The translations under genes were made by a program, and so were the position numbers. Of a stretch of 64,000 bases of DNA, positions 10,994 through 20,107 are shown piece by piece (position 1 is the first letter of the stretch; every line of letters starts with the position of its first letter). The notes beneath the pieces are model-generated. The model saw only the letters and a program-made list of their open reading frames with translations, did no database searches and had not been told where the DNA came from. This DNA is from Candidatus Allofournierella merdavium (GTDB taxonomy: Bacteria > Bacillota > Clostridia > Oscillospirales > Ruminococcaceae): NCBI GenBank assembly GCA_019118765.1, contig DWYI01000049.1, positions 17,059 to 81,058 on the forward strand, read 5' to 3'.

Positions 10994-11916
10994 TCGGAGC
11001 CACCAGCTTTTCCGGCAGGTACATGTGCGAATTCCTGCAAAGTAAGGGCGAGGAATTTGTGGGCACGGCCCTGGACCTGCAAGAGGAACCGGCGGATAAA
11101 ACCGTCGGCCGGCTGATAGAGATGGACCTGTTGGACCTGCCCACCCTTGTGCAGGTGTTGAAAGAGGTCCGGCCGGCGTATATCTTTAACTTCGCCGCGC
11201 AGAGCTCGGTGGACTTGGCCTGGAAGAACCCGGGCATGACCGTCGAGGTGAATGTGAACGGGGCGCTGAACCTGTTCCAGGCGATCCGGCAGGCGCAGAT
11301 CGACCCCACGGTGGTACTGATCGGCGCGGGGGAGGAATACGGCAGGGTGGATTTTCAACAGCTGCCCACCTCCGAGGCCCAGCGCCTGGCGCCGGGGAAC
11401 ATCTACGCGGCAACCAAGGCCTGCCAGACGATGATGGCCCAGATCTACCACAAGGCCTATGGCCTAAAGCTGATCGTGGCCAGGACCTTCAACATCATAG
11501 GCCCGGGCCAGTCGGATCACTTCGCCGTGTCCAACTTCTGCCATCAGGCCGCGCTCATCGAAAAGGGTGCGGCGGAGCCGGTGCTCCATGTGGGCAATAT
11601 GAACATCGAGCGGGATTTCACCGACATCCGGGATGTGGTTCGCGCCTATTGGATGCTGGCGGAAAAAGGCATGCCTGGCGAAGTGTATAACGTGGGGCGC
11701 GGTGAGGCAATGGCGATCCGCGTGATCGTGGAGCAGATTCGCAAACAGCTCGGGGCCCGGTTTTCACTGCAGGTGGATCGGGATCGGATGCGGCCAATCG
11801 ATACGCCGAAGATCCAGAGTTCTATTCAAAAGATACACGAAGATGTAGGTTGGGAGCCGGCGATCCCTATGGAAAAAACCGTGCAGGACATGCTGAATTA
11901 CTGGAGAGCGAAATGA
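10978..11916 (+). CDS. GDP-4-keto-6-deoxy-D-mannose reductase family (Rmd / Tld-like SDR), copy 2
   Basis: Start ATG 10978 overlaps the end of copy 1. YAATK, FNIIGPGQ and VGNMNIERDFTDIRDVV motifs. Clear paralogue of the preceding gene. Confidence 0.8.
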   Translation: MRSLIIGATSFSGRYMCEFLQSKGEEFVGTALDLQEEPADKTVGRLIEMDLLDLPTLVQVLKEVRPAYIFNFAAQSSVDLAWKNPGMTVEVNVNGALNLFQAIRQAQIDPTVVLIGAGEEYGRVDFQQLPTSEAQRLAPGNIYAATKACQTMMAQIYHKAYGLKLIVARTFNIIGPGQSDHFAVSNFCHQAALIEKGAAEPVLHVGNMNIERDFTDIRDVVRAYWMLAEKGMPGEVYNVGRGEAMAIRVIVEQIRKQLGARFSLQVDRDRMRPIDTPKIQSSIQKIHEDVGWEPAIPMEKTVQDMLNYWRAK

Positions 11917-12725
11917 AACATACACAACCGGCGCACAACGGTGCGAAACGGAGCAATACCTGGTATCTGTTCTCGTTTTTGGTGAAGAACGACATCAAGC
12001 AGAGATACCAGGGGTCGGTGCTGGGCATCCTTTGGTCCATTATTGTCCCACTGATCATGCTTGCTGTTTATACCTTCATTTTCAGCGAGGTGTTTAGCGC
12101 CAAGTGGAACGTAGATACCGACAACAAGTTTGAGTTCGCACTTATGCTGTTTTGCGGTTTGAATCTTTATACCATGTTCAGCGACGTGTTGAGCAGATCG
12201 GTGGGTTTGATCCAGCAAAATCAGAACTATGTGAAAAAGGTCGTGTTCCCGCTGGAGATCCTGCCGGGGGTGATCACCTTTTCGGCGCTGTTCAACTGCC
12301 TGATCGGTTTTGGCGTGCTGATTTTGGCCAACACGGCCTTGAATCATGTAATGTATGTCACAATGATCGAAGCGCCGCTTGTGCTTGTGCCACACATTGT
12401 GTTCTGCTGCGGGATCGCGTTCCTGTTTTCCGCGTTGTCTGTCTATGTAAGAGACCTGGCAAATTTCATCAGCGTTCTCATCACGATCCTCATGTATATG
12501 AGCCCGGTGTTTTTTCCCCTTTCGGCCGTGCCGGAGCGATTCCGCGCATTTATGATGTTTAACCCGATGACTTATACCATCGAGAACATGAGAAATGTTG
12601 TCCTGTACGGAAATCACATCGAGCCAGGCTATTATGCGATCTCCTTTGGAACGGCGCTGATTGCTTTTCTGCTGGGATATTGGGTTTTTCATCGGGCAAA
12701 GAGCGGATTTGCCGATCTGCTCTGA
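11913..12725 (+). CDS. wzm: ABC-2-type polysaccharide export permease
   Basis: ATG 11913 overlaps the upstream stop (ATGA). Six-TM ABC-2 pattern beginning LVKNDIKQRYQGSVLGILWSI. Confidence 0.9.
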   Translation: MKHTQPAHNGAKRSNTWYLFSFLVKNDIKQRYQGSVLGILWSIIVPLIMLAVYTFIFSEVFSAKWNVDTDNKFEFALMLFCGLNLYTMFSDVLSRSVGLIQQNQNYVKKVVFPLEILPGVITFSALFNCLIGFGVLILANTALNHVMYVTMIEAPLVLVPHIVFCCGIAFLFSALSVYVRDLANFISVLITILMYMSPVFFPLSAVPERFRAFMMFNPMTYTIENMRNVVLYGNHIEPGYYAISFGTALIAFLLGYWVFHRAKSGFADLL

Positions 12726-12740
12726 AAAAAGGAGCGAGCA

Positions 12741-14138
12741 ATGCAGCAGATCAGAGCAGAAGACAACAGCAAGTTGGCGGTCAAGGTCGCAAATCTTTCC
12801 AAGGCGTATCAGGTGATCCATTCCCCTTGGGGAAGATTCAAATACTATGTGTTCGGTCGGGAGTGCGGCGAAAAGTTCTACGCTCTGCGGGATGTGAATT
12901 TCACGGTGAACAAGGGCGAGACTTTTGGGATCATCGGTACCAACGGAAGCGGCAAGAGCACCCTTTTGCAGATCATCTCCGGCATCATCCCTGCAACGGA
13001 TGGACAGGTGCAGGTGAGCGGAAAGGTTTCCGCCCTGCTGGAACTGGGCAGCGGTTTCAACCCGGAGAGCACCGGGTATGAGAATATTTTTTTGAATGCT
13101 GCCATTCTGGGGGTCGCCAAGAGCGAGATCGAAAAAAAATGCCAGGATATCATTGCGTTTGCTGACATCGGTGATTTTATCCATGAACCGGTGAAGACCT
13201 ATTCCAGCGGTATGTTCATTCGCTTGGCGTTTGCCGTGGCCATCAACGTGGAGGCGGACGTGATCATCATCGACGAAGCGCTGGCGGTGGGGGATATCTT
13301 TTTCCGCCAGAAGTGCTACGCGAAGCTGAATGAACTGAAAAAGCAGGGCAAGACCATCATCCTTGTATCCCATGGCATGAATGAGGTGGAACAATTCTGT
13401 GATCGGGCGTTGCTTTTGAGTCATGGCAAACAGATCATGCTGGGTGACAGCAACAATGTGGTGCAGGAATATTACATGCTCAATCAGGAGGAGAATGAAA
13501 GCACTCCTCATGAGGAAGAAGATTTCCCATCGGAAGAACCGGCTGTGGAAGTGACGTACGATGCTTCTTTTTTTCAGGAACACTGGCGGCCGCTGGATGC
13601 AACTTTTTTTGACTTGAGCAAATCCATGGAACACAGTAACGGGATGGCCCATTACACAAAGGTCGGCCTGTTTGATGAGCGGGGCTTTGCCAAGCGGCTT
13701 TTCAAACAGGGAGAAAACGCCTACTTTTATGTGGAACTGCAAGCGGATAAGGACATTCCCGCAGTGCCGATCAATGGGGTGGTTCTGGTCAATCAGAGAA
13801 GTATCATTGTGCATGGAAAAAACACATTTCAGACTGATTGCAAGCTTCCCCGCATGGTGAAAAAGGGGCAGATCATAAAGAACTGTTATAAAATAAAGCT
13901 AGACTTGGAAGAGGGTGAATACACCTTCGAAGTCGGCTTTTCCTGCCTGCCGGAAAAGGCGTATAGCAACAGAGAAAAAATCCCCCACGAGGAATTGAAT
14001 GAGCAACTGTTGACCATCGCATCCCGGCGGGCGGTGGGCGCATTCGCCATTCAGGGGAAAGAAAAGCCAAGCCCTTCGGCACTAAAATTCTACGGCCTGG
14101 TGGATCTGCCGGATGAATGTGAGACAAAACAGGAGTGA
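12741..14138 (+). CDS. wzt: polysaccharide export ABC ATPase with an extra C-terminal (Wzt_C-like) domain
   Basis: Walker A GTNGSGKST, signature YSSGM, Walker B IIIIDEAL. A further ~215 aa follow the nucleotide-binding domain, as in Wzt proteins that bind capped glycans. Confidence 0.85.
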   Translation: MQQIRAEDNSKLAVKVANLSKAYQVIHSPWGRFKYYVFGRECGEKFYALRDVNFTVNKGETFGIIGTNGSGKSTLLQIISGIIPATDGQVQVSGKVSALLELGSGFNPESTGYENIFLNAAILGVAKSEIEKKCQDIIAFADIGDFIHEPVKTYSSGMFIRLAFAVAINVEADVIIIDEALAVGDIFFRQKCYAKLNELKKQGKTIILVSHGMNEVEQFCDRALLLSHGKQIMLGDSNNVVQEYYMLNQEENESTPHEEEDFPSEEPAVEVTYDASFFQEHWRPLDATFFDLSKSMEHSNGMAHYTKVGLFDERGFAKRLFKQGENAYFYVELQADKDIPAVPINGVVLVNQRSIIVHGKNTFQTDCKLPRMVKKGQIIKNCYKIKLDLEEGEYTFEVGFSCLPEKAYSNREKIPHEELNEQLLTIASRRAVGAFAIQGKEKPSPSALKFYGLVDLPDECETKQE

Positions 14139-14244
14139 TCTGGTGCCACATTGCAGTGTTTGACCGAAGAGCGTGATGTGGGAGCAAACAAAAAGTTCAA
14201 AACGCCGCAATCCGGGATTGCCTGGCGAAAGGAGAGCATTAACA

Positions 14245-15186
14245 ATGGAAAAAGACGCGAAGATCTATGTGGCCGGCCATCACGGTATGGTGGGTTCGGC
14301 GATCGTTCGTGAACTGCAGCGGCAGGGATACTCCAACATCGTTACAAGATCGCACAAGGAGCTTGATCTGTGCCGGCAGGAACAGGTGGAAGCTTTCTTC
14401 GAGCAGGAAAAGCCCCAGTACGTTTTCCTGGCTGCCGCGAAGGTGGGCGGCATTGTTGCAAACCAGGAAGCGCTGGCCGATTTCATGTATGAAAACATGA
14501 TCCTGGAGATGAACGTGATCCATGCCGCCTGGCAGAACGGCTGCAAAAAGCTGCAGTTTCTGGGGTCGTCCTGTATTTATCCCAAATTCGCGCCGCAGCC
14601 GATGAAGGAAAGCTGTCTGCTAACTTCCGCCCTGGAGCCGACAAACGAAGCCTACGCACTGGCGAAGATCTCCGGCCTCAAATACTGTGAGTATCTGAAC
14701 CGACAGTATGGAACAGACTATATTTCTGTCATGCCTACGAATTTGTATGGCCCGAATGACAACTATCATCCCACCCATAGCCATGTCCTTCCGGCGCTGA
14801 TTCGCAGGTTTCATGAAGCGAAGGTGGCCAATCTGCCTTCTGTTACCTGTTGGGGCGACGGCAGTCCGCTTCGGGAGTTTCTGTATGTGGATGATCTGGC
14901 AAACCTGTGTGTGTTTTTGATGAACAATTACAGTGGGAACGAAACAGTGAACGCGGGCACGGGTAAAGAGATATCCATCAAGGAACTGACTGAGTTGACC
15001 GCAAAAATTATTGGCTATACCGGCGATATCCTCTGGGACACTTCCAAGCCGAATGGAACGCCGCGCAAGTTGTTGGATGTATCCAAAAGCCGCGCACTGG
15101 GATGGAACTACAAGGTGGAATTGGAAGAGGGAATCAGGCGCACCTATCAAGACTTCCTGACAAACCCCATGCGCGCAGAGCGCTGA
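14245..15186 (+). CDS. fcl: GDP-L-fucose synthase (GDP-4-keto-6-deoxymannose 3,5-epimerase/4-reductase)
   Basis: [38 protein letters not shown] and NLYGPNDNY motifs typical of Fcl/WcaG. Track ORF trimmed to ATG 14245. Confidence 0.9.
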   Translation: MEKDAKIYVAGHHGMVGSAIVRELQRQGYSNIVTRSHKELDLCRQEQVEAFFEQEKPQYVFLAAAKVGGIVANQEALADFMYENMILEMNVIHAAWQNGCKKLQFLGSSCIYPKFAPQPMKESCLLTSALEPTNEAYALAKISGLKYCEYLNRQYGTDYISVMPTNLYGPNDNYHPTHSHVLPALIRRFHEAKVANLPSVTCWGDGSPLREFLYVDDLANLCVFLMNNYSGNETVNAGTGKEISIKELTELTAKIIGYTGDILWDTSKPNGTPRKLLDVSKSRALGWNYKVELEEGIRRTYQDFLTNPMRAER

Positions 15187-15252
15187 ATTGCGGTCGGGGG
15201 TAACACAGAACGAGGAATTTGAAAATTTGTACGATTAGGAGACATCAGAAAG

Positions 15253-16776
15253 ATGCGGATTGCGATTGATATGACTCCTGTGGTGGCAGGCGGTGCGAAC
15301 GGAGGCGTTCTGCCGCTCACGATCGAGACCATCAAGGGATTCAGACAATGGGAAAACACAGATGTTGTGTTGCTAACGTCCAGCACAAACCACGATCTGC
15401 TGTGCGACCTGGACAAATATGGCTGTAAGAGATTTTGCCTTACAGGCGAAGGCGGCCAGGTCATGCCGCTTGTATCACGCGACGCACCTTTGCCTGCCCC
15501 CTTAACCGCACAAGCACCGGTTTTGCCCATGCGGAGGGAGATGGCGCAGCGGCTGAAACGGAAGGCCAAGCAAGCGATAAAGCAGTATGCACCTTCTTGG
15601 TTCCTGCGCTTTGCAAAACGACACAAAGGCGGGATCAAAAAGATATTCTGGCGCTGTGTCCATCCGGTCAAGGGGCTTTTAAAGCCGTTGGCGCGATTTG
15701 TCATGCCTCATGGGGTGTATGTTCTGTACTCCACACGATGCGCTGAACGTGTGGCAGTCCAAACACAGATCGCGGCATCTGCCGCGGCTGCTTCAAAAGT
15801 GCGTGCTGAACCACAGTATGATGTTGATCGTTGTAACTTATCCGCTTTGATTGGGGAAAAGGTCGATGTTTTGTACTGCCCTTTTTCGGCGGTGAATTTT
15901 TACGATCCGCAAGTCGCGACAGTATCGGTGATCAATGATATACAACATGTATATTATCCGTTCTTTTTTGCGCCGCAGGAATTGGAAGCGCGGAAAGATT
16001 TCTATGACAAGCTGCTCCGGGTCCACCCCCAAATCGTGACCATTTCCGACTTTACCAAAAAAACGATCGTAGAAACGTATGGCTGTGCGGCAGAAACGGT
16101 CCAGACGATTTATCCATCCGTACAAAAGCGCCTTTCGGCTTTTACTGAAGAGGAAAAACAAGCGGCATTCCAGAAGTTTGGATTCAATAAACAGGGGTAT
16201 ATCATTTACCCGGCAAATTTCTGGAAACATAAGAATCATCCGATTTTGCTCACGGCCTTCCGAATGTACCTGGAAACCCACAGAGAATCGCCTCTCCAGC
16301 TTGTACTTACCGGATCCGCTGTGGATCAGGCAGAGGCGATGAAAACGCTGATTGATGGAAGCGGACTGGCCGACCGAGTACACCATTTGGGATATGTTGA
16401 GAACGTGGAACTGGCGGCTCTGATCTCAAACAGCAAATACCTCATTTTCCCCAGTTTGTTTGAAGGGTTTGGCATCCCGGTGGCGGAAGCGATGCAATTG
16501 GGGACCACAGTACTGTGTTCCAATTCAACTTCACTTCCCGAAGTTGGCGGCGACTGCGCATTTTACTTTGATCCGCGCACCCCGGAAAGCATTTTGAACT
16601 GTATGGAATTTGTGGATGAAAATCCTGCCGAAGTCAAAAAGAAGAAAGAGCGCTATCAAGAGCAACTCTCCAAATTTGATTTCGATGTATATATGGAAAA
16701 ATATAGAAAGCTCTTTGAATTATTGTGCAAGGAGAAACAGCCCGATGAAGCTATCAATTGTAACGCCCTCCTATAA
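15253..16776 (+). CDS. GT4 glycosyltransferase with an enlarged, basic N-terminal half
   Basis: C-terminal IFPSLFEGFGIPVAEAMQLGTTVLCSNSTSLPEV motif. The N-terminal domain carries a ~130-aa Pro/Ala- and Lys/Arg-rich insertion. Confidence 0.8.
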   Translation: MRIAIDMTPVVAGGANGGVLPLTIETIKGFRQWENTDVVLLTSSTNHDLLCDLDKYGCKRFCLTGEGGQVMPLVSRDAPLPAPLTAQAPVLPMRREMAQRLKRKAKQAIKQYAPSWFLRFAKRHKGGIKKIFWRCVHPVKGLLKPLARFVMPHGVYVLYSTRCAERVAVQTQIAASAAAASKVRAEPQYDVDRCNLSALIGEKVDVLYCPFSAVNFYDPQVATVSVINDIQHVYYPFFFAPQELEARKDFYDKLLRVHPQIVTISDFTKKTIVETYGCAAETVQTIYPSVQKRLSAFTEEEKQAAFQKFGFNKQGYIIYPANFWKHKNHPILLTAFRMYLETHRESPLQLVLTGSAVDQAEAMKTLIDGSGLADRVHHLGYVENVELAALISNSKYLIFPSLFEGFGIPVAEAMQLGTTVLCSNSTSLPEVGGDCAFYFDPRTPESILNCMEFVDENPAEVKKKKERYQEQLSKFDFDVYMEKYRKLFELLCKEKQPDEAINCNALL

Positions 16777-18760
16777 TCAGGGAGAATTTATCAAGGCGAC
16801 TATCGACAGCGTGCTGGGCCAGGGATACCCTGACCTGGAATATCTCGTTATGGATGGGGGAAGCACAGACTCCACGGTCTCCATTCTCAAGTCATATGGA
16901 GATAAAATCATCTGGGTCAGCGAGCCGGATGGCGGGCAGGCTGCCGCGGTAAACAAGGGGATTCTTGCGTCCACGGGAGACATCATCGGTTGGATCAACT
17001 CGGACGATATCTATTATCCGGGAACTTTCGAAACAGTAATGAAGGCGTTTGAGCAGCACCCGGAAGTAAATGTGATCTATGGGCACGCCGACCACATCAC
17101 TAAGGACGGAGCATATCTGGAGGATTATTACACTGAAAAGTGGAATTATGAACGGCTCAAGGAGATATGCTACATCTGCCAGCCAGCGGTGTTTTTTCGC
17201 AAAAAGACAGTGATGGAATGCGGCCTGTTAAACCCCGATCGCCATTTTGCGATGGATTATGATCTGTGGTTGCGGATGGGGAAAAGCAACGACTTCTATT
17301 TCATCGATAAGAAGTTTGCTGGTTCCCGCCTGTACCAGGAGAATAAAACACTCGGTTTCCGTGACAAAGTCTGTTATGATATTCTGGACACCGTGAAAGA
17401 AGTGACCGGTTCTGTGCCGATGCGGTGGCTGGAGGCGGGTGCCCATATGCTCAACGAAGGATATGAGCACAACGACCCCATTCTCCGGGAACGGACAGAG
17501 TATATTTCCCGGCTCATTGCTTCGGGGATGGATCTGAGCCTTAAGTATACGGGCAGGTTGCCCGCGACAAGGGAGGAACTCCCTTTGCGGGAAGTCCCGA
17601 TCAGAATTGGATATGATGTGAGCATTACCTGTGATTCGGGTGCCGGAGTCAGCCAATACACGCAGGCTTTGGCCGAAGGACTGTGCAGCATTGACCGGGT
17701 GAATCAGTATCTGTTTTATCCCTTGTTTAAAAACAGATACAGCGGAAACTATAAACAGTGTAAGATCCCCGCAAAGTCTCCGAATGCACAGATGATGTTT
17801 CGAAATAAATACCCGGTTGAGTATTATCAGTCGTTGTTTGATGCCCCTGGGCAGGATATCACGGAAGTATTGGGAACGCCGAATGTTGTCCATCACACTG
17901 GATTTTGCTATACAGATCAGCACAACGCGGCGAATGTTTATACTCTGTTTGATATGTCTTTCTTTGACTATCCCGATTGCACAACGGAAGCAAACAGAGT
18001 GTATTGTTATGAGGCGATGCAGCGCGCGGTCCTCAGCGCGGATGTGTTTGTGTCCATCTCCGAATACACAAAGCAGCGTTTCCTTCACTATTTTCCTTAT
18101 GTGGATGCAGATAAAATCAAGGTCGTTCCCCTTGCATGCCGGAAAACGCTGAAGGTGCCGGCCAATCCCGATCAGTGCCTGAAGGATATGGGGATCACGC
18201 CGGGAACGCCGTTCTGGCTGAGCGTGAACACCATCGAACCCCGTAAAAATATCAAAACATTGCTGAGAGCCTACAAAAAGCTGCGGGACAAGGGCGCGAC
18301 GTATCCTTTGTATCTTGCGGGTGGTCGCGGGTGGAAAAATCAAGCGATCTACGAAGAAGTGAAAGTCCTTGGGATCGAAGAATCTGTCCGCTTTTTGGGA
18401 TTTGTGGATGACAGGCACCTTTCGGCGCTGTATGCGTCTTGTTTCTGCTTTTTGTATCCTTCCGTGGATGAGGGCTTCGGCCTGCCGGTCCTGGAGTCGA
18501 TGACCTTGGGTGGTCCTGTCATCTGCAGCAATGTGGCAAGTCTCCCTGAGGTGGCGGGTCAGGCTGCGCTGTATGTGGATCCCGCAAATGTGGATACCAT
18601 AGTTGCTGCGATGGAAAAGGTTTCCAAGGACGAATCGCTGCGGCAGACGCTGATTCAACAGGGGAAGGAAAAAGCTGAGGACTTCTCTTGGGAGAAGACG
18701 GCTGAAAAAACGCTGATGAGCTATTACGAGGCGATTTGGCGACACAAACAAAACAAGTAA
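16745..18760 (+). CDS. two-domain glycosyltransferase (N-terminal GT2, C-terminal GT4)
   Basis: Track ORF trimmed to ATG 16745. N-terminus LSIVTPSYNQGEFIKATIDSVLGQGYPDLEYLVMDGGSTD (GT2). C-terminus EPRKNIKTLL and FLYPSVDEGFGLPVLESMTLGGPVICSNVASLPEV (GT4). Confidence 0.85.
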   Translation: MKLSIVTPSYNQGEFIKATIDSVLGQGYPDLEYLVMDGGSTDSTVSILKSYGDKIIWVSEPDGGQAAAVNKGILASTGDIIGWINSDDIYYPGTFETVMKAFEQHPEVNVIYGHADHITKDGAYLEDYYTEKWNYERLKEICYICQPAVFFRKKTVMECGLLNPDRHFAMDYDLWLRMGKSNDFYFIDKKFAGSRLYQENKTLGFRDKVCYDILDTVKEVTGSVPMRWLEAGAHMLNEGYEHNDPILRERTEYISRLIASGMDLSLKYTGRLPATREELPLREVPIRIGYDVSITCDSGAGVSQYTQALAEGLCSIDRVNQYLFYPLFKNRYSGNYKQCKIPAKSPNAQMMFRNKYPVEYYQSLFDAPGQDITEVLGTPNVVHHTGFCYTDQHNAANVYTLFDMSFFDYPDCTTEANRVYCYEAMQRAVLSADVFVSISEYTKQRFLHYFPYVDADKIKVVPLACRKTLKVPANPDQCLKDMGITPGTPFWLSVNTIEPRKNIKTLLRAYKKLRDKGATYPLYLAGGRGWKNQAIYEEVKVLGIEESVRFLGFVDDRHLSALYASCFCFLYPSVDEGFGLPVLESMTLGGPVICSNVASLPEVAGQAALYVDPANVDTIVAAMEKVSKDESLRQTLIQQGKEKAEDFSWEKTAEKTLMSYYEAIWRHKQNK

Positions 18761-18787
18761 TAAACTTTTACATGAGAGGACAAACAG

Positions 18788-20107
18788 ATGAAACGTTGCT
18801 GGTGCGGAAATGAGGCGTTGGAGGAGTACTCCTCCCAATATCGTGTTTGTACGAAGTGCCACACATTGGTTACCAAGTATGACGTGAACGACTCTCTGTA
18901 TAAAGTCTCGGATGAAGAGTCTGATTTTTACGGCGAGAATTATTGGGCAAAAGGGATGCTTGAGCTATCTGGACTGCCCAGCCTCAGTGCGCTGGTGGAC
19001 GCATACCTGCGTGGGCGCGTACCGTACTGGACGGAAAATGTTTTGAAATATGCAAAGCTTGGAGGATGTGTTGCGGAGGTCGGTTGCGGACTGGGTCAAT
19101 TGCAGTATGTGCTGAAAAGAATAGGATATCAACAGCTGGCCTATGAACTCAGCCCGGACATCTGCCGGTATATGGAGGATACCTTGGGTGTCTCTGCGCA
19201 CTGTGGCTCTTTTGAAAGAAGCGATAAACCATACGATGCCATCTTGGCGTTTGATTTGTTTGAACACCTGTTGGAGCCAGAGGAGTTTCTTTCAGCATGT
19301 GCCGATTCTCTGCAAACCGATGGTGTTTTGATGATGCAGACACCGTGCTATGATGCGGCGCTCAGCTATGATGAGATGCTGATTCAAAAGCCGCGCTTCA
19401 AGGAGCTTTTAAGGCCCGAACAACACTTGTACCTTTTCAGCCGCGAATCCATTGCTGAGATCCTTCACAAACACGGCTTTGTGAACGTCGTCTTCGAGCC
19501 GGCGTATTTCGGTGATGATTACGATATGTTCTTCGTGGCGTCCAAGGGTGAACTCTGCCAGAATACCAAGGACGAGATCGATGAGTATCTGAACCGGCAA
19601 GAGAACGGCCGCCTTGTCAAGGCAATGATCGCTTTGCAGGATGAAAACCGGGAGTGGGAGAAGAGGTATTTACAGGCGGATCGAGATCGGGAAGAGCGGC
19701 TGCACAATATGCAAAAACTGGAAGAACTGCTGCGGGTGAATGAAGCTGACCGTGAAGACAGGCTGAAACAGGCACAAACTCTGGAGCGGCGCCTGGAAGA
19801 AAGCGAGGCGGACCGGGCGGCACGGCTGGAGCAGGTGAAGATTTTGGAGCAGCGCCTGGAAAAAAGTGAGAGGGACCGGGCGGCACGGCTGGAGCAGATG
19901 AAGATTTTGGAGCGGCACCTGGAAGAAAGCGAGACGGATCGTGCGGCACGGCTGGAGCAGATGAAGATTTTGGAGCGGCGCCTGGAAGAAAGCGAGGCGG
20001 ATCGTGCGGCACGGCTGGAGCAGATGAAGATTCTGGAGCGGCGCCTGGAGGAAAGCGAAGCGGATCGGGCGGCAAGAAAAGGATGCAATACTGGAAATCC
20101 ATCTTAA
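18788..20107 (+). CDS. class I SAM-dependent methyltransferase fused to a C-terminal repeat coiled coil (candidate chain terminator / ruler)
   Basis: N-terminal CWCG..CTKCH knuckle. Methyltransferase motif I VAEVGCGLGQL, with ILAFDLFEHL and DGVLMMQTP. From about residue 285 a charged heptad-compatible helix ends in tandem LEESEADRAARLEQMKILERR units. Confidence 0.75.
   Translation: MKRCWCGNEALEEYSSQYRVCTKCHTLVTKYDVNDSLYKVSDEESDFYGENYWAKGMLELSGLPSLSALVDAYLRGRVPYWTENVLKYAKLGGCVAEVGCGLGQLQYVLKRIGYQQLAYELSPDICRYMEDTLGVSAHCGSFERSDKPYDAILAFDLFEHLLEPEEFLSACADSLQTDGVLMMQTPCYDAALSYDEMLIQKPRFKELLRPEQHLYLFSRESIAEILHKHGFVNVVFEPAYFGDDYDMFFVASKGELCQNTKDEIDEYLNRQENGRLVKAMIALQDENREWEKRYLQADRDREERLHNMQKLEELLRVNEADREDRLKQAQTLERRLEESEADRAARLEQVKILEQRLEKSERDRAARLEQMKILERHLEESETDRAARLEQMKILERRLEESEADRAARLEQMKILERRLEESEADRAARKGCNTGNPS
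19793..20074 (+). repeat. in-frame tandem repeat: four 63-bp units plus one 30-bp partial unit
   Basis: Units start at 19793, 19856, 19919 and 19982, with a partial unit at 20045. By manual alignment units 3 and 4 differ at 2 of 63 positions. More diverged 21-aa units lie upstream. Confidence 0.95.

Noticed and set aside
11898-13814. 638-aa minus-strand ORF spanning wzm and wzt
   Set aside because: It lies exactly antisense to two genes with strong family motifs (ABC-2 permease, Walker A/B ATPase). Its translation is His/Arg/Gln-rich with no motifs and no RBS. This is a typical shadow ORF.
17228-18862. 544-aa minus-strand ORF inside the GT2-GT4 gene
   Set aside because: It is antisense to a gene with clear GT2 and GT4 motifs. 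It has no recognisable domains or translation signals.
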